Positions 59,601 through 64,000 of a stretch of 64,000 bases of DNA are shown here, piece by piece. Under the pieces are notes generated by a model. The model did not search any database. It was not told the DNA's origin and saw nothing but the letters and a program-made list of their open reading frames with translations. Made by a program: the position numbers and the translations under genes. This DNA comes from Candidatus Poriferihabitaceae bacterium. Lineage in GTDB: Bacteria > Pseudomonadota > Gammaproteobacteria > Arenicellales > Poriferihabitantaceae. The stretch spans positions 1,052,692-1,116,691 of the forward strand of contig OZ243919.1 in NCBI GenBank assembly GCA_965213885.1, in the 5' to 3' direction. The first letter of the stretch is position 1. Every line of letters begins with the position of its first letter.

Positions 59601-62600
59601 CTCGCACAGCGACTACCGCATCGAGTACTGGTACCCCGGGCTCGGGTGGACCAGCTCGACGCGCTTCATCGCAATCCCGGCGGGCACGCCGAGCGCCCGC
59701 GTACGCGTGACGGCGCTCGAGGACGGGCGCAAGGAGGGAAGCGAGACGGCAACCCTCACCCTGATCGAGCTCCCGAAGGTCTACCGCGACACGGGGCAAC
59801 CGTTCTACCGCGCCGGCACCCCCCGCACGGTGAGCTTCACCGTGGCCGACCGCGAGACGGTCGCGCCGCGATTGACGTCGGTTGCGCATCACGACCCGGC
59901 TGCATCGACGGCCGTCTCTCCGGCAAGCCTCACCTGGCGAGTCACCTTCAACGAGGAGGTGCACGCCGTCGATGCGAGCGACTTCACGCTGACGGGCACC
60001 AGCGCGACGCTCGCCGTGGCGCGGGTCGCGGGCACGCATGCGTTCGACGTCACCGCCTCGGGCGGGAACCTCGGGCGCATCACCGGCGGACAGGTCACGC
60101 TCGGCCTCGCGCCCGACAACGACATCACCGACGGCAGCGGCAACGCGTTCACCCGGTGGAACGAATTCACGAGCACGTACTGGGTCCACGACGGCACCAC
60201 ACCGCCGCCGCCCGGCCCAACGGTGACCGTCGAGGCACAATTGCCGGGCGTCGCCGTGACGGAGGGCCAACGGGTGAGCTTCCTGTTGCCGGCGAGCCCG
60301 ACACCCACGGCAGACTTCCCCGTCAATATCACGGTGACGCAGAGCGGCAACGTGGTATCTGCCGAAACTCTGAGCACGAATCAGACAACCATACGGCGCG
60401 CATTCGGCGCCGGAGCCGTCGGCCCGAAAACACAAGACGACTCCATCGACGAGCCAGATGGCAGCGTGACGGTGACGCTCGACAGCGGCACCGGCTACAC
60501 CGTGGGCAGCCCGTCCTCGGCAACGATTGTGGTCAGGGACAACGACCCGACGGTGGTGAGTCTCACTCGTACGGGCACCGGCGCGGTGACCGAAGGCGGC
60601 ACCGTCGAGCTTGACGTGACGCTCGGCCGCGCGCTCGTCGCCGGCGAGACCATCGATGTGCCGCTCGCCATCGGCGGGACGGGTGTCACCACCGGCGACT
60701 GGAGCTTAGGCAAGAAGTCGGGGGCGACCAACACGGGTGTCGCGCTCCTCGATGCGGGCACCACGACCCCGAAGGTGCGCTTCGAGGGCGCGGGCGCGCA
60801 AACGGCGACGCTCGAGCTCACCGTGACGGCGGACGGCACGGCGGAGGGCACCGAAACCTTCACCGTCGCGCTCGGCAGCGACAGCACTTTCGACGACTCG
60901 AGCCTCGGCACCAACGTCGGCGGCGGCGCCGACCCCCACGGCACGGACAACACCTTCGACGTGACGGTGAACGACGGCGCCGCCCCGCCGCCGGGCACGC
61001 CCGCGGTCGGGTTCGCCTCCGCCACCTCGAGCGCGGCCGAGGATGCCGGCACGCACAACGTGACGCTCGACCTCGCCCCCGCGGCGCCCTCGGGCGGCCT
61101 TGACATTGCCTACGCCGTCACCGGCACGGCGACAGCGGGCAGCGGCAACGACTTCACCATCGCGGGCTCGGGAACCCTCAGCGTCGCGGCCGGAGCGACC
61201 ACGGCGACTATCCCGGTTGCCATCATCGACGACAGCACCGACGACGACGCCGAGACGGTGGTGCTGACGCTGAACCCGGGCACGGGCTACACGCTCGGCG
61301 GCACGACGGTCCATACGCTCACCATTGCCGACAACGACGACCCCATCACGCCGGCGGCTTGCGTGTCGGCGCAGCTGTTGAGCGACGTCCAGGGCTATGC
61401 GGGGGAGAACCGGCCGAACTCGCCGGACCATGTCCCGCGCTGGAGCCGGGTGCTCGCCGCCTTCGGGGAGAGCAACAGCTACAGCAACAACCCGATGACC
61501 GTTGCCGAGGCGCAGGCGCAGGCGGCTCGCGGCCTTCAGCGCTGGGTGCCGGTGGTGACCGCGCTCGAATGCCTCGAGGGCACGACGCCGCCGGCTGTCC
61601 CCCAAGTCACGGTGCAGGGCGGCAGCGCCGTCACCGAGGGCGGCAATGCGGTGTTCACCGTCAGCGCGAGCTCAAGTCCCGCGGCGGCCCTCACGGTGAC
61701 GCTCACCGTCGCCGACGACGCCAGCAGCGATTTCTTGAGCGCCAGTGACCAGGGGGAGAAGACGGTCTCCATCGCCAGTGGCCAGACCTCTGCCACCCTG
61801 ACGGTCCCGACGCAGAACGACAGCACCGACGAAGCGAACGGCAGCGTGACGGCCACCGTCTCGAGCGGCACCGGCTACACCGTCGGGAGCCCCTCCACCG
61901 CCACGGTGGCGGTGAGTGACAACGACCCGACGCCGCAAGGAACACCGGTCGTTCGCATCGCCGCGGGCACGGGCATCACCGAAGGCGCCAGCGCCGAGTT
62001 CACGCTCACAGCGTCCCCAACACCGACCGCGTCCATCACCGTCAATGTCGCCGTCGCGCAGAGCGGGGCTTTCGCAACCAGCGGACAGACGGGGACGCGC
62101 ACCGTCACCATCGGAGCAGGCGGCACCGCCACCCTCACCGTCGCCACCGACAATGATGGTACCGACGAGACGAATGGCAGCATCACCGCCACCGTGCAGA
62201 CGGGCACCGGCTACACCGCGCACGGGACGCAAAACGTAGCCACCGTGGCAGTGACCGACGACGACGTACCGGTGGTCAGAGTCACCGGCGGCGCCGGCAT
62301 CACCGAAGGGGGAACCGCAGCGTTCACCCTCACGGCAAGCCCGACGCCGGCAACCGCCATTACCATCAATGTCGCCATCACGCAGAGCGGCGACTTCGCA
62401 GGCGACGGACAGACGGTGACACGCACCGTTACCATCGGAACAGGCGGTACCGGCACCGTCAACGTCACGACCGTCAATGACACCGCCGACGAGCCGGATG
62501 GCACCATCACCGCGACCGTGCAGACGGGCACCGGCTACACGGTCGCGGCGGCGCCGAACCATGCGGCGAGCGTCACTGTCGCCGACGACGACGCAACGAC

Positions 62601-64000
62601 CGGGGTTCCGACGATCTCGATTGCCGATGCCACCCTGAACGAGAACGAACGCTTGGGTTGGTTCACGGTACGCTTGAGCAAGGCGACGGACCAGGACGTC
62701 CGCTTCGCCTACGCGACGCGCGAATCGACGCCGGTCTCGGCAACGGCGAACAGGGACTATAGCCACGTCCCGCGCGCGTGGCGCATAGGAAGCCGGATCA
62801 GGGCCGGCGAAACGTTCACAGAAATCCGTATCGGCATTCGCGACGACAGCCACGACGAGAATCCGGAGACGTTCGAGGTCGAGCTCTTCGACGCGTTCAT
62901 GTACCGCTCGGGCCAGAAGGTGCCGGTGTCGATTACGGACGACGTCGCGGTCGGCACCATCACCAACGACGACCCGATGCCGGCGGCGTGGCTGTCGCGG
63001 TTCGGCCGGACGGTGGCGGAGCAGGCGCTGGACGGGATCTCGGGCCGGCTGTCGGCCCCGCGCACGGCGGGCACCGAAGGCACGTTCGGGGGCATTTCCC
63101 TGCAGCCCCGGGATTCCGGCGATGGGGATTCGGGTCATTCGGATCAGTCTGATCCATTCCATTCATTCGACCCATTCAGCCCATTCAATCAATCCGACCC
63201 TGTTCCTTATGGCTTCGGCATCGACGGGATTGACACGAATGAAGGAGTCGACGGCATGGCGCCCCCTGGCATCCGGACCATGACGCTGCAGGAACTGCTG
63301 CTGGGCAGTCATTTCACGGCGACGGGCCCCGGGGATTCCTCGGGGGGCAGCCTGGCACTGTGGGGCCGTGCGGCGCACTCGAGCTTCGATGGCAGGGAGG
63401 GGACGTTCTCGCTGGACGGAGAGGCGACCACGGCGCTGCTGGGGACCGACTATGCGCGGGGCAAGTGGCTGGTGGGCCTGGCGCTGCTGCAGAGCGGCGG
63501 GGAAGGCGGTTACCGGGATACGGAGACCGGGTCCCGCGCCGCGTCGCAGCTCTGTACGGATGCCGATCATGACATGGACCCGCAGACGAGGGAGGTTCTG
63601 TGCGGCGGTGCGGTCCGGGAGGGCGATGGAACGGTGGAGTCGTCGCTGACGGCGGCGGTTCCCTATGGCGCGATCCGGGTATCGGAGAGGCTGAAGCTCT
63701 GGGGCGCGCTGGGTTACGGCACGGGCGAAGTGACCCTCAAGCCGGAGGTGGGCGGCTCGCTTCGCTCCGACCTCACCTGGACGATGGCGTCGGCGGGCCT
63801 TCGGGGGGATGTGATCGCGCTGCCGGCACAGGGATCCGGTCCGGCCCTGGTGATCACCTCGGATGCACTGTGGTCGCGGACGGAGTCGGACCGGACCAGC
63901 GAACTGGCAGCGTCGGACTCTGATGTAACCCGCCTGCGACTCGGTCTGGAGGGCAGCTGGCGCATCGCCACCGAGGGCGGAGGTCATGTCACGCCGAAGG
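56605..64000 (+). CDS. Giant surface protein, 5' part only: Sec signal peptide, lectin-like head, ~15 Calx-beta/Ig-like modules, and an autotransporter (type Va) linker plus beta-barrel. It continues past the window end.
   Basis: This ORF is not in the supplied track. Frame +1 has no stop from 56410 to 64000, and I checked the register at 57001, 57991, 58981, 60001, 61021, 62041, 63001 and 63961. The frame shows strong third-position G/C bias. The GTG at 56605 gives MLHRALAAGALTLTLLALLAPAAEA|NKP, and an alternative ATG at 56515 lies 30 codons upstream. Repeated modules end in xDNDD/DDD, with recurring TGYTVG and bona fide Calx-beta stretches. The C-terminal part, AWLSRFGRTVAEQALD...SLALWGRAAHSSFDGREG.FSLDGE..TALLGTDYA..KWLVGLAL, is typical of an autotransporter beta-domain. 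Confidence 0.85.
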   Translation, partial: MLHRALAAGALTLTLLALLAPAAEANKPNCSASSGPYPAHEDWVFTPESLDAGDTFRLLFATSATRSADSVLPSVYNTFVRNAAKGGHGQIPASCGNRFNAIISTQYDSARFNTRTRSTDTDAPIWWVKGDKVADNYADFYDGSWDSRIARNEYGTTPISEQRVWTGSLSNGHHPGSGYAGHFGVEVHRGHLKTGDPLNAGSTNSGAKYRLYGLSPIFTVVKAPRLSISLNKTSGNELNSAGGHATISVKLDQTRPNDTSFKMCVKTTSTATFRTSTSTNDRDFDLYEYLLDAQGQLVELAVDASNCHTMTIKTGDNQNQAILGFFGDTLKEENETVVLELKDPPSGVKIASSGRTATYTITNDDSEPTVTITGGATASEGTNATFTVKSSHAPKNALSVKVNITEAEDADTGKNHVDADDEGVRTVTVAAGSTSQSFTVPTTEDWVDEPDGVITATVQAGTGYVVGQANKSAQVNVQDDDTRGFVFRPAKLKLKEGGSATYTVALTSRPLDEPEGVTVTLTPLGDFTVDTDTSKDGNQTTLRFDAVGGNLWQSGQTVKVTANEDANSTDDTTAINHEGSGAGYGPRPGADFGASRGIVVTVTDNDVPHLVVAPTELSVTEGGSSTFTVQLGTQPSADGTLAFASTNPDITFNPASLSYFKNDSHQTQGWDKVRTVTVHAASDNDIGDDAATLTVTASGGDYEGKTATIAATVTDTTTPALVLSTSTLAVMEGASTTYTVKLAARPTGTVTVAIGSNNGDVMVDTDNDDTNGNQNRLTFNANGSNLWSTAQTVKVTTRGDANTASEAVTLTHTASGGGYGAVRKTLSGTVTDDGKKTVAFAQTDYPVIEGKGPVTVTLVMSEARSATTNVRVSATPLTATGSGVDYTGLTFVATFAAGSTSATFEIPIRVDDLLEDANGERFRVDIYDGDFPNDLKKVRPDLAYVTIYDAAVLSFTRPDTTRVFEGGRALEFTLDARAPYFDEADGHGFAHVRLSGRASSHSDYRIEYWYPGLGWTSSTRFIAIPAGTPSARVRVTALEDGRKEGSETATLTLIELPKVYRDTGQPFYRAGTPRTVSFTVADRETVAPRLTSVAHHDPAASTAVSPASLTWRVTFNEEVHAVDASDFTLTGTSATLAVARVAGTHAFDVTASGGNLGRITGGQVTLGLAPDNDITDGSGNAFTRWNEFTSTYWVHDGTTPPPPGPTVTVEAQLPGVAVTEGQRVSFLLPASPTPTADFPVNITVTQSGNVVSAETLSTNQTTIRRAFGAGAVGPKTQDDSIDEPDGSVTVTLDSGTGYTVGSPSSATIVVRDNDPTVVSLTRTGTGAVTEGGTVELDVTLGRALVAGETIDVPLAIGGTGVTTGDWSLGKKSGATNTGVALLDAGTTTPKVRFEGAGAQTATLELTVTADGTAEGTETFTVALGSDSTFDDSSLGTNVGGGADPHGTDNTFDVTVNDGAAPPPGTPAVGFASATSSAAEDAGTHNVTLDLAPAAPSGGLDIAYAVTGTATAGSGNDFTIAGSGTLSVAAGATTATIPVAIIDDSTDDDAETVVLTLNPGTGYTLGGTTVHTLTIADNDDPITPAACVSAQLLSDVQGYAGENRPNSPDHVPRWSRVLAAFGESNSYSNNPMTVAEAQAQAARGLQRWVPVVTALECLEGTTPPAVPQVTVQGGSAVTEGGNAVFTVSASSSPAAALTVTLTVADDASSDFLSASDQGEKTVSIASGQTSATLTVPTQNDSTDEANGSVTATVSSGTGYTVGSPSTATVAVSDNDPTPQGTPVVRIAAGTGITEGASAEFTLTASPTPTASITVNVAVAQSGAFATSGQTGTRTVTIGAGGTATLTVATDNDGTDETNGSITATVQTGTGYTAHGTQNVATVAVTDDDVPVVRVTGGAGITEGGTAAFTLTASPTPATAITINVAITQSGDFAGDGQTVTRTVTIGTGGTGTVNVTTVNDTADEPDGTITATVQTGTGYTVAAAPNHAASVTVADDDATTGVPTISIADATLNENERLGWFTVRLSKATDQDVRFAYATRESTPVSATANRDYSHVPRAWRIGSRIRAGETFTEIRIGIRDDSHDENPETFEVELFDAFMYRSGQKVPVSITDDVAVGTITNDDPMPAAWLSRFGRTVAEQALDGISGRLSAPRTAGTEGTFGGISLQPRDSGDGDSGHSDQSDPFHSFDPFSPFNQSDPVPYGFGIDGIDTNEGVDGMAPPGIRTMTLQELLLGSHFTATGPGDSSGGSLALWGRAAHSSFDGREGTFSLDGEATTALLGTDYARGKWLVGLALLQSGGEGGYRDTETGSRAASQLCTDADHDMDPQTREVLCGGAVREGDGTVESSLTAAVPYGAIRVSERLKLWGALGYGTGEVTLKPEVGGSLRSDLTWTMASAGLRGDVIALPAQGSGPALVITSDALWSRTESDRTSELAASDSDVTRLRLGLEGSWRIATEGGGHVTPK
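61600..62595 (+). repeat. Three tandem ~330-340-bp coding repeats (about 110-aa modules) inside the giant ORF
   Basis: The units span about 61600-61926, 61927-62265 and 62266-62592. They share ...GITEGG.A.FTLTASPTP...I.VNVA..QSG.F...GQT.TRTVTIG.GGT.T..V.T.ND..DE..G.ITATVQTGTGYT.... Units 2 and 3 are the most alike, by eye roughly three quarters of nucleotides identical. Confidence 0.7.

Noticed and set aside
56434-63987. Six long minus-strand ORFs from the track (56434-57177, 57322-58641, 58696-60435, 60706-61605, 61672-63162, 63163-63987)
   Set aside because: They lie antisense to an uninterrupted, strongly periodic plus-strand frame with recognisable domains. Their translations are Arg/Gly/His/Asp-rich low-complexity strings, typical of shadow ORFs in GC-rich DNA.
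1-64000. Search for tRNA, rRNA, tmRNA, CRISPR arrays and obvious defence or toxin-antitoxin modules
   Set aside because: I saw no cloverleaf-like or rRNA-like sequence and no regularly spaced direct repeats. I also saw no gene pairs with recognisable defence or TA signatures. This absence rests on visual scanning only.

Overview
This is a 64-kb, moderately high-GC proteobacterial chromosomal segment, and the gene order looks gammaproteobacterial. Most of it is ordinary. It holds a Dpp/Opp-type ABC importer (0.3-6.5 kb), an epoxide hydrolase, yajC-secD-secF, nrdR-ribD-ribE-ribBX-ribH-nusB-pgpA, acuI, rmuC and icd. It also holds a complete methylmalonyl-CoA pathway cluster (mcm-pccB-pccA-meaB-mce) and a translationally coupled tRNA-U34 modification/selenium block (cmoA-cmoB-selU-oxidoreductase::selD). 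Further along are a DMGDH-like dehydrogenase, glmS, an RpiR regulator and a Rieske oxygenase/aminotransferase pair. Traces of decay and mobile DNA include an IS6-family transposase remnant abutting a truncated umuC. There are also two 1-nt homopolymer frameshifts (a MocR regulator and an EamA transporter) and a ~1-kb stretch without an intact ORF that carries a C10 run. The most notable feature is absent from the supplied ORF track. Frame +1 is open from 56410 to the window end (more than 2,460 codons). It encodes a signal-peptide-bearing giant Calx-beta/Ig-like repeat protein ending in an autotransporter beta-barrel. The gene sits in a visibly higher-GC block and is preceded by a 22-nt poly-C tract, which may be a phase-variation switch or an assembly-sensitive homopolymer. 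The long minus-strand ORFs listed over that region, and several elsewhere, are antisense shadows. I saw no rRNA, tRNA or CRISPR array. All family calls come from reading motifs by eye, and no database search was possible.
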